A stretch of 64,000 nucleotides of DNA, from sequence record OR192075.1. One strand, 5' to 3'. A model generated the notes under the pieces. That model was given only the letters and a program-made list of their open reading frames with translations. It made no database searches and was not told the DNA's origin. Positions 28,121 to 36,680 of the stretch are shown here, in pieces. Made by a program: the position numbers and the translations under genes. Source of the stretch: Escherichia phage MIZ6. How positions within the stretch are numbered: the stretch's first letter is position 1; every line of letters starts with the position of its first letter.

Positions 28121-28143
28121 AAGAAAAGCCCCAATTAAGGGGC
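28121..28143 (-). terminator. terminator-like hairpin (possible attenuator) just upstream of the glycine-rich protein gene
   Basis: Minus-strand GCCCCttaattGGGGC followed by TTTTCTT; lies between two genes with no promoter after it. Confidence 0.35.
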
Positions 28144-28161
28144 ATTGATTGATAATATTAC

Positions 28162-28383
28162 TTAGATGACCTCTGCTTCACCATTCAGGAAGAAAGACCA
28201 TGTTTTGTTAGGATAGCGAAGCGCCCATGATTCAGCGGTTTTAACACCAGATTCGAACAATTGACGGCTGGTTACTTTAGCCATACCATCTTCGATGGCA
28301 ACGTTTTCAATAATCATCGGGTACTTAGCGCCACGCATGAAACCGAAGCCAGCGGAAGATTTGATAATTTTAACCGTTGCCAT
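28162..28383 (-). CDS. hypothetical protein
   Basis: 73 aa; promoter at 28425-28453 and RBS GGAGAATCAAAA. Confidence 0.4.
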   Translation of the reverse strand: MATVKIIKSSAGFGFMRGAKYPMIIENVAIEDGMAKVTSRQLFESGVKTAESWALRYPNKTWSFFLNGEAEVI

Positions 28384-28424
28384 TTTTGATTCTCCTAGAA
28401 AGTGTATCTCGTTTCGATGTGTGT

Positions 28425-28453
28425 ATTATGCAATAACACCGGAACGCTGTCAA
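28425..28453 (-). promoter_or_regulatory. early-type sigma70 promoter
   Basis: Minus-strand TTGACA, 17 bp, CATAAT, then ACACACATCGAAACGAG leader. Confidence 0.5.
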
Positions 28454-28471
28454 CACTTTCTAAGAAAAATT

Positions 28472-28756
28472 TTAAACTAATCGAATGTAGCCCAAAATTT
28501 CAGCATTTTTAGCCAGATCTAAAATTTCCCATTCAAGATCGCCGTAGTCATAATTTGCAACCATCAACTGACCATTTTTCATGCAGCAATCATGAGAGAA
28601 AATTTGCCCCGCATAAACTACGATAGTAATAAACTTTCCTGATTCTGGCGGTGTGGAAGACAAAGCGACCATATGACCATTCAGCTTAGTCACCAGTGAT
28701 GGAACAATAAAATTCGGGCTTACCTGAATACCGTTAAATTCGTTTGTGTCTTTCAT
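28472..28756 (-). CDS. hypothetical protein
   Basis: 94 aa minus-strand ORF. Confidence 0.35.
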   Translation of the reverse strand: MKDTNEFNGIQVSPNFIVPSLVTKLNGHMVALSSTPPESGKFITIVVYAGQIFSHDCCMKNGQLMVANYDYGDLEWEILDLAKNAEILGYIRLV

Positions 28757-29103
28757 GCCAGACCTCGCAAAACACTAATAGCATAATCATGCTGGTTATT
28801 CATAATATCAATTGCATTGTGATAACGAGCTAAACCATCAAGGATAAATTCTTGTTTATCCTGTTTCAGTTTGGTATCACGCGCAGCCATAAGAGCATCA
28901 AGAACAGGTCCAAAGTGATTATCTAATTCATCTTCGGTTGCAATGTTTCCTATTGCCTCGTCGATCCGTGATTCTAATGCTTGCTTTTCGTTGATCACTT
29001 GCTGGGTATATTCCAACACATCAAGAATATCGCGGGTAACGTCGCCATGATAAGGTATCCCCGCATGAAGATGATCGATTAATCGCTGAATATCAATGTT
29101 CAT
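28753..29103 (-). CDS. hypothetical protein
   Basis: 116 aa minus-strand ORF. Confidence 0.35.
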   Translation of the reverse strand: MNIDIQRLIDHLHAGIPYHGDVTRDILDVLEYTQQVINEKQALESRIDEAIGNIATEDELDNHFGPVLDALMAARDTKLKQDKQEFILDGLARYHNAIDIMNNQHDYAISVLRGLA

Positions 29104-29438
29104 TTGTAACCCTCCTCTGAAAGCACATCCCAGATCGTTGCGTCAAGATGCATTAAATTCCACATAATAGAGTCATAACTACCGAAGCCAGAAGTAAAAA
29201 TTACATCACACTGGCGATATGTCTTATGAAAATCGGTGGCTGTCTCTGCATCAATCGGCATATCGTCACCGGAAAGCACCAGACATTTAAGAATCATAAC
29301 TCTGTTAGCCGTTGGCGCTTGCTTAGTCTTTTCAGCATATTTTTCGATGATCCGTTTTGCCTTTTCTTCTTTGATACGTCCAGACCAAATCCGGTTTCGG
29401 TATTGATTCATAATAATTTCAATCACATCATTTTGCAT
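29100..29438 (-). CDS. hypothetical protein
   Basis: 112 aa minus-strand ORF. Confidence 0.35.
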   Translation of the reverse strand: MQNDVIEIIMNQYRNRIWSGRIKEEKAKRIIEKYAEKTKQAPTANRVMILKCLVLSGDDMPIDAETATDFHKTYRQCDVIFTSGFGSYDSIMWNLMHLDATIWDVLSEEGYK

Positions 29439-29637
29439 TCTTCACGGTCTCCATAATTGTTTTGTAAGCCAGTTTAAGATGATCACCGAAAAACTTTGCG
29501 GTGTTACCCTTCGGATCGCGGAGCATGGTTTCTACGATCTCATCGGTAGTAACAATTTCTCCTTTCTTTGCTGCATGTTCTACCATATACTTCAAAGTTT
29601 CTTCGGAAGCAAGTGCTGCCGCTACTGGATTAATCAT
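29428..29637 (-). CDS. hypothetical protein
   Basis: 69 aa; promoter at 29667-29695, RBS GGAGAATCAAAATG. Confidence 0.4.
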   Translation of the reverse strand: MINPVAAALASEETLKYMVEHAAKKGEIVTTDEIVETMLRDPKGNTAKFFGDHLKLAYKTIMETVKNAK

Positions 29638-29666
29638 TTTGATTCTCCTTTGTTGTCGATGTGTGC

Positions 29667-29695
29667 ATTATGCTATACCCTATTCCGGTTGTCAA
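29667..29695 (-). promoter_or_regulatory. early-type sigma70 promoter
   Basis: Minus-strand TTGACA, 17 bp, CATAAT, leader CACATCGACAACAAAGGAG. Confidence 0.5.
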
Positions 29696-29700
29696 CACCT

Positions 29701-29735
29701 AAAAACGAAAAAGCCACCCTTTCGGATGGCTTTTT
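29701..29735 (-). terminator. rho-independent terminator (possibly bidirectional)
   Basis: Hairpin GCCACCCtttcGGATGGC flanked by an A-run on one side and a T-run on the other. Confidence 0.55.
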
Positions 29736-29965
29736 GATTATATTTTATTCACGTCCATTTGTATAGTAGTGTTTGAATCGACCTTTGCTAAACTAGTTAA
29801 ACATAGTAACCAATTCACCATCCCTTTCCAATGATAACACTTCCTCGTCTTAGACGGGTCTTCTGATTCGGCAGTAATTGAACACGCGAAAGTATGAGGA
29901 AGCCAAATAGTTGTGTTGATGCTAGTATTCTTTTACTTCTGGTATGTATCCCAATGTGACTAACA

Positions 29966-30361
29966 TTAAGCCAATCGAGTGAGTTTATAAATTGTTTTAA
30001 AGCATAGAGCTTTGATATCGTCTAAAACGCTCTGTAACGAGCTATCAACATCATTATAAATCTCACTAGCCATTTGCGTTAACTCTTGCAAATAGGCAAT
30101 TTCGCTCATCTCCTTGCGGACGACCAACGTTGGCCGATAACGACCAGTGATCCCAATATTGGTTTCAGTGAAATCATCAACCAATTCTTGCATTTCAAGA
30201 TAGAACTCTTCTAGAGCCTTATGTTTTGCATAAGATCCAGGACCAGTTACCCCAAAATGCGCAGAATGCATATAAGTAACACTCATCAGACATTCACCGA
30301 TAAAGCGGTCAACTTTATTATCTTTTCCATCTTCGGACGTCTTTCGAAAATCACTGAATTT
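29966..30361 (-). CDS. hypothetical protein (rI.-1-position)
   Basis: Start set at MKFSDFRK; the longer listed ORF would overlap rI. Immediately downstream of rI, as T4 rI.-1. Confidence 0.4.
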   Translation of the reverse strand, partial: KFSDFRKTSEDGKDNKVDRFIGECLMSVTYMHSAHFGVTGPGSYAKHKALEEFYLEMQELVDDFTETNIGITGRYRPTLVVRKEMSEIAYLQELTQMASEIYNDVDSSLQSVLDDIKALCFKTIYKLTRLA

Positions 30362-30653
30362 CATGTTCTCGATTCTCCATATTATGCAACATAACAAACT
30401 GTTGTGCGGCATATTCCCCCATAATAAAACACTGCTTAGAATCCATACATTTACTACGAGCATACATCTTCATAATATGGGCATGAAATTTCTGGCTGGT
30501 TTCAATGGAAGGAGATATTTTGTTTACATATACTATCATTGCACCGTCGAAATAATCAGTAAAGTCACCAGTTGGATCATATTGATCAGCACTGACACTT
30601 CCGACCGCAGTCAAGCATATTGCCGCTGTTAGAGTTTTACGAATAAATGACAT
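30351..30653 (-). CDS. rI: lysis inhibition regulator RI-like periplasmic protein
   Basis: 100 aa; N-terminal signal-anchor (LTAAICLTAVGSVSA), two cysteines in RSKCMDSKQCF; size and position (adjacent to tk) as T4 rI. Confidence 0.6.
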   Translation of the reverse strand: MSFIRKTLTAAICLTAVGSVSADQYDPTGDFTDYFDGAMIVYVNKISPSIETSQKFHAHIMKMYARSKCMDSKQCFIMGEYAAQQFVMLHNMENREHEIQ

Positions 30654-30721
30654 AAGTCATTCCCCCAGATTAAAAATATTCAGTTATATTTATAATCTGG
30701 GGCTTTATTTATGATTAACTC

Positions 30722-31318
30722 TTATTTGGTAGTACCGTCAATAAAATGTTTACGGCACACAGAGACATATTTATCCTCTGCACCAACTTCTATTTGAGCA
30801 CCATCGCGAATAACATTACCCTCTTTATCTACACGAAGGACCATTGTTGCTTTCTTGCCACAATGACAAATACCCTTCATTTCGACCAGTTTATCAGCAA
30901 ATGCCATTAATGCCGCAGATCCTTCAAATAGATTGCCCTGAAAGTCGGTGCGAAGGCCATAGCACAGTACAGGGATATTTGCATCATCGACAAGCGCACA
31001 CAAGCCTAAAACATGCTCTTTAGTCATAAATTGGGCTTCATCTACAAATACAGCATCAGGACGCCATCGATCCGGTCTACGCTTACCTAACGATTCACGA
31101 TAAACCAAATCGAAAAGATCATCCGATTCAGTGAAGGTGATCGCTGGAGCACTTAGGCCAATTCGGGAAACAACTTCACTTTCTGAATCTCGATTATCAA
31201 TCGCTGGCTTAAGAATTAATACTCGCATATCACGTTCGGTATAGTTATAAGCACTTTGTAACAGAGAAGTTGATTTGCCAGCGTTCATAGATGCATAGTA
31301 GAAATATAGTTGCGCCAT
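30722..31318 (-). CDS. tk: thymidine kinase
   Basis: 198 aa; P-loop MNAGKST, VFVDEAQF, C-terminal Zn motif CHCGKKA...CRKH typical of type II thymidine kinases. Confidence 0.9.
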   Translation of the reverse strand: MAQLYFYYASMNAGKSTSLLQSAYNYTERDMRVLILKPAIDNRDSESEVVSRIGLSAPAITFTESDDLFDLVYRESLGKRRPDRWRPDAVFVDEAQFMTKEHVLGLCALVDDANIPVLCYGLRTDFQGNLFEGSAALMAFADKLVEMKGICHCGKKATMVLRVDKEGNVIRDGAQIEVGAEDKYVSVCRKHFIDGTTK

Positions 31319-31611
31319 TAATTAATCTCCAAAAATCCAGCAAGACCTAAACCGATATAAGTCCAGATACAAAGGAAAAAGAAGCAAACACCCATAGCAA
31401 AGATAAATCCGCGTAGTGTCTTTGGATAACCTACCCAATATTCCCGACCATCTTCTAACCGGATCAGCTTATTTCCTTGAGAGTCCATATCAATTACAAC
31501 ATGTTTATTTCTGGATTGTAACAGATATTGCTTGACAATCTCAATACCCGCCATAATAACAATAACGAAATTGAAAGTCCACATAACAAGGTTAATGGTA
31601 GTCTCAAGCAT
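31318..31611 (-). CDS. predicted membrane protein
   Basis: 97 aa with two hydrophobic segments; overlaps the tk start. Confidence 0.4.
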   Translation of the reverse strand: MLETTINLVMWTFNFVIVIMAGIEIVKQYLLQSRNKHVVIDMDSQGNKLIRLEDGREYWVGYPKTLRGFIFAMGVCFFFLCIWTYIGLGLAGFLEIN

Positions 31612-31846
31612 TTTCTATAACCTCCACCCAATCAGGTGTTTCCTGAAAGACTCCTTCGCCTTCATGATGGTCGCAACCTTTATTGCTGCAATACATCCAC
31701 CAATCCCACATTCCCCACGGTAAACGCTGCATATCGTCGTTACAGCAAGTGAAGATGATAGGCCAACCACATCTAACACATCGGCAGTTTTCTTTCATGT
31801 GAGCGGTATTAGGCTTCTTCATAGATGACTCCAATATAATCGACAT
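31604..31846 (-). CDS. Cys-rich small protein (putative zinc-binding)
   Basis: 80 aa; CRCVRCGW...CCNDD...CSNKGCDHHEGEG. Confidence 0.4.
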   Translation of the reverse strand: MSIILESSMKKPNTAHMKENCRCVRCGWPIIFTCCNDDMQRLPWGMWDWWMYCSNKGCDHHEGEGVFQETPDWVEVIENA

Positions 31847-32049
31847 TTACATTTAGGGCAATGCGGTTCTTTAATATAATACCCGTCTGTCTTTGGAACA
31901 CTAACAGGAGCGGTTTTTATATTGTATTCGGTGAAACAACGAAAACAAGTTACGTTTTCTACAGACTGACGTTTCACCCAATCACCGGAATATAGATCAT
32001 TTTTATTTGTCATATTCAACCACCACAATGTTAATGTCTGGAGTAGCAA
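31819..32049 (-). CDS. Cys-rich small protein (zinc-ribbon-like)
   Basis: 76 aa; CFRCF...CPKCKC. Confidence 0.35.
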   Translation of the reverse strand: MLLQTLTLWWLNMTNKNDLYSGDWVKRQSVENVTCFRCFTEYNIKTAPVSVPKTDGYYIKEPHCPKCKCRLYWSHL

Positions 32050-32458
32050 TATTAATGATCTCTTCTACACATTCCCACTCAAGGCCACCGATACCGCAAC
32101 CGATTTTAGGAATATAGAAAGGCTGTGTAGCACCTTCAAAAACATCATTGAGAGTCTCAAATCCTTTCAGGATAGCACCATATTCAGCATTTGGACCCGG
32201 TCGGAATTGGGTATAGAGATTCACCCCGCACCAGTTATAACCATTAACTTGATGCGTCCAGACACTAAACCCACCCAGCTTTTCGACCTTACCGCGAGAA
32301 GTTTGCTTGTCAATCTCTAACGCTTGCGGGAACTCTTTCGCGATCTTTGCAGCAATACCAGCGCCCATAGTATGAAAACAATTACAACCATGAATTAAAT
32401 GACCGTTTCCTTGTTTAAACAGGGCGATGAGATCGCCCTTTACAGTATCAATAATCAT
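32003..32458 (-). CDS. macro domain protein, TARG1/OARD1/DarG-like (putative ADP-ribose hydrolase)
   Basis: 151 aa; GDLIALFKQGNGHLIHGCNCFHTMGAGIAAKIAKEFP and PKIGCGIGGLEWECV match the diagnostic motifs of the TARG1/OARD1 macro subfamily as recalled. Confidence 0.7.
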   Translation of the reverse strand: MIIDTVKGDLIALFKQGNGHLIHGCNCFHTMGAGIAAKIAKEFPQALEIDKQTSRGKVEKLGGFSVWTHQVNGYNWCGVNLYTQFRPGPNAEYGAILKGFETLNDVFEGATQPFYIPKIGCGIGGLEWECVEEIINIATPDINIVVVEYDK

Positions 32459-32473
32459 AATATAAACCTCTCA

Positions 32474-32833
32474 TTAGTCACGGGAAGACAACCCAGCCAT
32501 AAAACGGCTTAACAGTGTGTCGCGATAAGCAAAGCATAATTGCTTATCAGGAGCAGTATCACACAAGTTGCGTTTTGTTTTAGCAAAGCTGGCAATACTC
32601 AGATCCCATGCTCGATTTTTTCGTTTTTCGTCTCGACCTTGTTTGTATGCTTCATCAAGTTCGAGCGCGATAAAATCACTACACATGTTATCATCATCAC
32701 AGAAAGTTTTAATGATCTTTTTGTTGATCTCAAATCCTTTGTATTCAAACTTTGGATAAGGGCGCTCATTACTAGCAAGCGCACCAGCCGAGAACATCAT
32801 AGCAATCATAGCAATTATTGTCAACTTTTTCAT
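32474..32833 (-). CDS. secreted/periplasmic small protein
   Basis: 119 aa with N-terminal signal peptide MKKLTIIAMIAMMFSAGALA and several cysteines. Confidence 0.45.
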   Translation of the reverse strand: MKKLTIIAMIAMMFSAGALASNERPYPKFEYKGFEINKKIIKTFCDDDNMCSDFIALELDEAYKQGRDEKRKNRAWDLSIASFAKTKRNLCDTAPDKQLCFAYRDTLLSRFMAGLSSRD

Positions 32834-32840
32834 ATATTCC

Positions 32841-33431
32841 TCAATAGCGTTTAGTCTTAAGAATGCCTTTACTCTTTAGATGGTTAGCCTTTTTTAGTAC
32901 GTCATCAGCATAACCCAACCCGGCTTTATAGTTCCATCCAGCATTGTAAGAAGCTAGCGCGAGTCGGATATTACCGTTTCGAATATCCAGCCAGTATGCT
33001 AACTCATCCATCGCGTAGAATGCAGAAACCTCGCGATTCATGATAAAGTTGATAGTCTGGCGATCACTCATTTTAACACCGCGCTTTGCATTTTTCGCTT
33101 TCACCGTTTTAAGGTAATTTTGAAATAATCCATAAGCATGATGATTTTTCTTTGGTGCTAAGTTTGCACCCGCGCTTGATTCTTGCCATGCGATACCCGC
33201 CAGGATGTGACCTAAACCCTTTCCGTTATAGCGAATATTCGGATGGTACTTTTTCAACTTACCACTTTTCTCAAATTGCTCGCCGTATTGATAGGCGAAA
33301 TGTAAATTATCTAGTTGGTGTGCTGTAAAGTTGTCTATCGGCGCTTTTTTGATCGGTGCGCTAGTCGATGCGTGTGTAGCACCAACGGCTAGTGACAGAC
33401 TCAATACTATCGCTTTTAGAACTTTTAACAT
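32841..33431 (-). CDS. lytic transglycosylase (Slt-domain), secreted
   Basis: 196 aa; signal peptide; AWQESSAG ... GLFQ ... ASYNAGW catalytic-domain motifs of family 1 lytic transglycosylases. Confidence 0.7.
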   Translation of the reverse strand: MLKVLKAIVLSLSLAVGATHASTSAPIKKAPIDNFTAHQLDNLHFAYQYGEQFEKSGKLKKYHPNIRYNGKGLGHILAGIAWQESSAGANLAPKKNHHAYGLFQNYLKTVKAKNAKRGVKMSDRQTINFIMNREVSAFYAMDELAYWLDIRNGNIRLALASYNAGWNYKAGLGYADDVLKKANHLKSKGILKTKRY

Positions 33432-33517
33432 TAATTTCTCCTGTTTGGCTTAACTTTCTGATTTCATAATATAGCCCTATCACCAGAAAGTCAAGCATTA
33501 TTTTTAACCAATTTCCA

Positions 33518-33940
33518 TTATTGGTCTACCTTCAAAACAACCGCCGACATTTTACCCGCCAGTCGTTTTGGATTCTCTATAATCATTCGGCAGCATAGAC
33601 CGTGATACGGCTTACCCTCTTCTATTAGATCTACTGTCATCCCGATCCACATGTTACCGTCAGTAATTTCTAATCGATTAGGTCGGTCTTCCATTTTCAG
33701 GAAGTCGAAGATCTCCGGCAAACGAGTTTCTATCTTATTGAATAGTTCCATTGTCTTATGTTCATCGATATGACGATCGGTTAGACGGTCGATCATATGC
33801 GGACTAAAGCGAATGAAAATATACTCACCATAACCATCATTCAAGCACTTTTCTTTGATCTGCGCATTGGTTTTGCGCATTTCGGTTTCGAAGAATCTAC
33901 GCAGCTTACTACGGCGAACATGTACGTTAATTGTTTCCAT
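33518..33940 (-). CDS. regB: RegB site-specific endoribonuclease
   Basis: METINVHVRRSKLRRFFETE...PNRLEITDGNMWIGMTV...CCRMIIENPKRLAGKMSAVVLK parallels T4 RegB as recalled; start set at METINV. Confidence 0.85.
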   Translation of the reverse strand: METINVHVRRSKLRRFFETEMRKTNAQIKEKCLNDGYGEYIFIRFSPHMIDRLTDRHIDEHKTMELFNKIETRLPEIFDFLKMEDRPNRLEITDGNMWIGMTVDLIEEGKPYHGLCCRMIIENPKRLAGKMSAVVLKVDQ

Positions 33941-33944
33941 TTTA

Positions 33945-34280
33945 TTATCCTTTCTTAAACAAATTGCGAAGCCAGTATACAAACGGGATTTCTTTAAACT
34001 TGAATTTCTCTATAGTTAATTCTTTAGTAGCAAGATGAATACCATAAGCATCATGTGTCACGATATGCCATTTTCTATAGTCCAAATGTGAACAACCGTC
34101 TGGATCTAGGTTAATAAGAGTTTCTCGCTCACTAGGATTATTTTTCCACAATTTTGTAATAGGATCGCACATAATTCGACCTAGCGTACCATGAATAATC
34201 TCACAACGGTAAAGTTTTCCAGCAGTGAGATAGGCGCACCCGTCATAGTCGGTATAAACAAACACTTCTTTAACACTCAT
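33945..34280 (-). CDS. hypothetical protein
   Basis: Start set at MSVKEVFVY after AGGAGTATTAAA; promoter at 34309-34337. Confidence 0.4.
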   Translation of the reverse strand: MSVKEVFVYTDYDGCAYLTAGKLYRCEIIHGTLGRIMCDPITKLWKNNPSERETLINLDPDGCSHLDYRKWHIVTHDAYGIHLATKELTIEKFKFKEIPFVYWLRNLFKKG

Positions 34281-34308
34281 TTTAATACTCCTTTGTTTCG
34301 ATGGGGGT

Positions 34309-34337
34309 ATATTACTACCCCCGTTTTGTTGTGTCAA
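34309..34337 (-). promoter_or_regulatory. early-type sigma70 promoter with hairpin around the -10
   Basis: Minus-strand TTGACA, 17 bp, TAATAT inside GGGGGTAGTAATATACCCCC; leader CATCGAAAC. Confidence 0.5.
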
Positions 34338-34598
34338 CTACTTTTTCAAGATTTTTTTAATTGCGTTCCAAAGACCTTTATTCTCAGGTTGTTTTGGTTC
34401 TTCGATCAGTGTCCATGTTCGACCGTCTAAGTGTGCACAATTTTTAAGACAAATAAAAATCTGATGTCCCTTATCATCACGGATATAACCACTATTCGCA
34501 AATCTTTCATGTGGTGTATATTCATACAGTGTATTTGGTGTAATATACTTGCGGTTACTATAAGGTGTCATCACATACATCATGGTACTAACTCCCAT
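34338..34598 (-). CDS. hypothetical protein (tandem paralogue A)
   Basis: 86 aa; shares YxxTPxxxY...GYIxDDxG...CAHL with the next ORF. Confidence 0.4.
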   Translation of the reverse strand: MGVSTMMYVMTPYSNRKYITPNTLYEYTPHERFANSGYIRDDKGHQIFICLKNCAHLDGRTWTLIEEPKQPENKGLWNAIKKILKK

Positions 34599-34774
34599 TT
34601 ATCACCGCGAAGATGAGCACATCCACCATCAAGAAGGATCGTAATACGAACACCCGCATCATCTTCAATATACCCGATAGTCGGTGGATGTTCGTCGTCT
34701 CGTGCCGGGGTAAAATCATACATCTTTCCAGGCGTAATATCTTGTCCTTTATTGCTATTGGTATAAACTTGCAT
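34580..34774 (-). CDS. hypothetical protein (tandem paralogue B)
   Basis: 64 aa; ITPGKMYDFTP...IGYIEDDAGVRI...GGCAHLRGDKWEL mirrors the downstream paralogue. Confidence 0.4.
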   Translation of the reverse strand: MQVYTNSNKGQDITPGKMYDFTPARDDEHPPTIGYIEDDAGVRITILLDGGCAHLRGDKWELVP

Positions 34775-34795
34775 TTTCTTAATCTCCTATATTAA

Positions 34796-35494
34796 CTAAC
34801 CACGGGTATAGTGTTCCAGAACAACTGTCAGATGAATATATTCTAATAGATCTTTCCAAAAGTCAACATCTGGTTCTTCCGGCATACCGTTTTTCTTTGC
34901 CTCTTCACGCGCGAGTTTAACACGCTCGTAGAGATCTTTCAATTCTTCCCGCACATTATCAAAGGTTCTTTCTCCTAACTTACACGCTAAAATAGAAGAA
35001 CGTCGCGCGAGCGGGAATTGTAGATCACCAGTTTGATAGATTTCAAGTAGCTGATAACCAACACGCAGAGCATGAGAAAGATCTTTCCAGTTACTGAAAT
35101 ACTTTTCAGATTTTGCTACCTGCTTTTTGAGATAACCAGACAAACCCCACATCCCAACATGATAGAATTTATCGCGATGTGTTCGGATGTATTCCCATTC
35201 TCTGGAGGATTCAATCAACATGTTACTAGGAGCGTGCACCATGTCAATAGCGCCGATATCGCCTTTACATGCCAGATTGATAAACCGTTTTAGACTGAAC
35301 ATATTAACGTCAATGTCGTCTTTGGTGTTCTTGATCCCTTGACCGCTAGTGCTTTGATCATAGTGTTCTTTCATCGATCCTAAGATAATTTCTTTCGCAG
35401 TCGGAACAAAGATACCACGATAATCTTTATCGGAGTTTTCAGTATCAAGGCCGTATAAGTGAGATCCGAAGACCATTTTAACCATTGTATGCAT
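34796..35494 (-). CDS. nucleotidyltransferase (Pol-beta superfamily, MNT-like)
   Basis: 232 aa; N-terminal VFGSHLYGLDTENSDKDYRGIF fits the GS...D.D signature of Pol-beta-type NTases; remainder helical. Confidence 0.55.
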   Translation of the reverse strand: MHTMVKMVFGSHLYGLDTENSDKDYRGIFVPTAKEIILGSMKEHYDQSTSGQGIKNTKDDIDVNMFSLKRFINLACKGDIGAIDMVHAPSNMLIESSREWEYIRTHRDKFYHVGMWGLSGYLKKQVAKSEKYFSNWKDLSHALRVGYQLLEIYQTGDLQFPLARRSSILACKLGERTFDNVREELKDLYERVKLAREEAKKNGMPEEPDVDFWKDLLEYIHLTVVLEHYTRG

Positions 35495-35538
35495 AATTAA
35501 ACCCTCAATTGATTAAGAGATTACATCATAACATCATA

Positions 35539-35570
35539 AAAAGAAAAAGCCAACCCTTTTCGGATTGGCT
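35539..35570 (-). terminator. rho-independent terminator after grcA
   Basis: Minus-strand hairpin AGCCAATCCgaaaaGGGTTGGCT followed by TTTTTCTTTTT. Confidence 0.55.
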
Positions 35571-35580
35571 TGATGAAAAA

Positions 35581-35997
35581 TTAGAGAGATTCGGTAAAGG
35601 TACGCGCGATAACGTCACGCTGCTGGTCTGGAGTCAGACTATTGAAGCGCACTGCGTAACCAGAAACGCGAATTGTAAGCTGCGGGTACTTCTCAGGATG
35701 TTCAACAGCGTCCAGCAACATTTCTCGTAACAATACGTTAACATTCAAATGCTGACCACCTTCGACAACCGGAGCACCATTATCTACAATCACCGGACGG
35801 AAGCTAGTTGTGTGCAGTGCCAGCGAATCGACGTCTTCTGCGGTGATCACATGGTCTTCTGCGAAAGTTTTACTAACAATTACTTTAGCGCCGATCAGGG
35901 CTTTCGGTTCGGATACCAGAATCATAGGCGCGAAATGTCCACCGATAATAGTACCTTTATGCTCACCTTTCATGATTTGAATTGCTTTAAATTCCAT
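35581..35997 (-). CDS. grcA: autonomous glycyl radical cofactor (GrcA/YfiD-like)
   Basis: 138 aa; C-terminus [59 protein letters not shown] is near-identical to enterobacterial GrcA as recalled, including the glycyl-radical RVSGYAV motif. Confidence 0.85.
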   Translation of the reverse strand: MEFKAIQIMKGEHKGTIIGGHFAPMILVSEPKALIGAKVIVSKTFAEDHVITAEDVDSLALHTTSFRPVIVDNGAPVVEGGQHLNVNVLLREMLLDAVEHPEKYPQLTIRVSGYAVRFNSLTPDQQRDVIARTFTESL

Positions 35998-36132
35998 AAA
36001 TCACCTCTTATAGATCAGGACGTTCGTCATTAATTTTACCAACCAAAACACCATAGAGTTTATCAGGTTGGACTTTACGATTCTTTTTAATTGTAGCACG
36101 AAATCGACGAGCTACGCTATCTTTATTTTTCA

Positions 36133-36618
36133 TTAGTTGATACCTAAGCCAATGAAAATAGGTTGGTCTTCTACATTACCCATCCCAACACTAAGTCGAT
36201 TTACTTCTAAAAACTGCAATACGCTGTCAGTAAATCCGCGCATGGTAGTATCTAGGATAAAAATTGTTTTGTCAAGACTACGACCTCGCCATGTGATCGG
36301 ATTCAGGAAAGTTCGGATCGACGTACAATCTACATTTGAAATATTTACATTTTCACCGCGACCGCGATCTCGGATCGTTTTGGCATGTTCCCGCGTCGTT
36401 GAAACGATAAAGACACTATAGCCTTTTCTCGTATAATGGTCATATAACTTGATTGTAGCGTCTGTATGCCCTGTCTGACGTCCTAAATTGATTGAGACAA
36501 TGGAATCTAGGTCATCAGCAAAATTGCGTCGCTTACGACGTTCTATGATGCCATTTACGGCAGATACACACGCAGCATAAATCAAATCTTTACTTTCTAA
36601 TTTTACATCAATATTCAT
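36133..36618 (-). CDS. hypothetical protein
   Basis: 161 aa ORF downstream of the endolysin. Confidence 0.4.
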   Translation of the reverse strand: MNIDVKLESKDLIYAACVSAVNGIIERRKRRNFADDLDSIVSINLGRQTGHTDATIKLYDHYTRKGYSVFIVSTTREHAKTIRDRGRGENVNISNVDCTSIRTFLNPITWRGRSLDKTIFILDTTMRGFTDSVLQFLEVNRLSVGMGNVEDQPIFIGLGIN

Positions 36619-36680
36619 GGTAAAGTCTCCAGTGAACGGGGAGAGATCCTTAGATTGTCTCCCCGTTGATGGTTAATATT

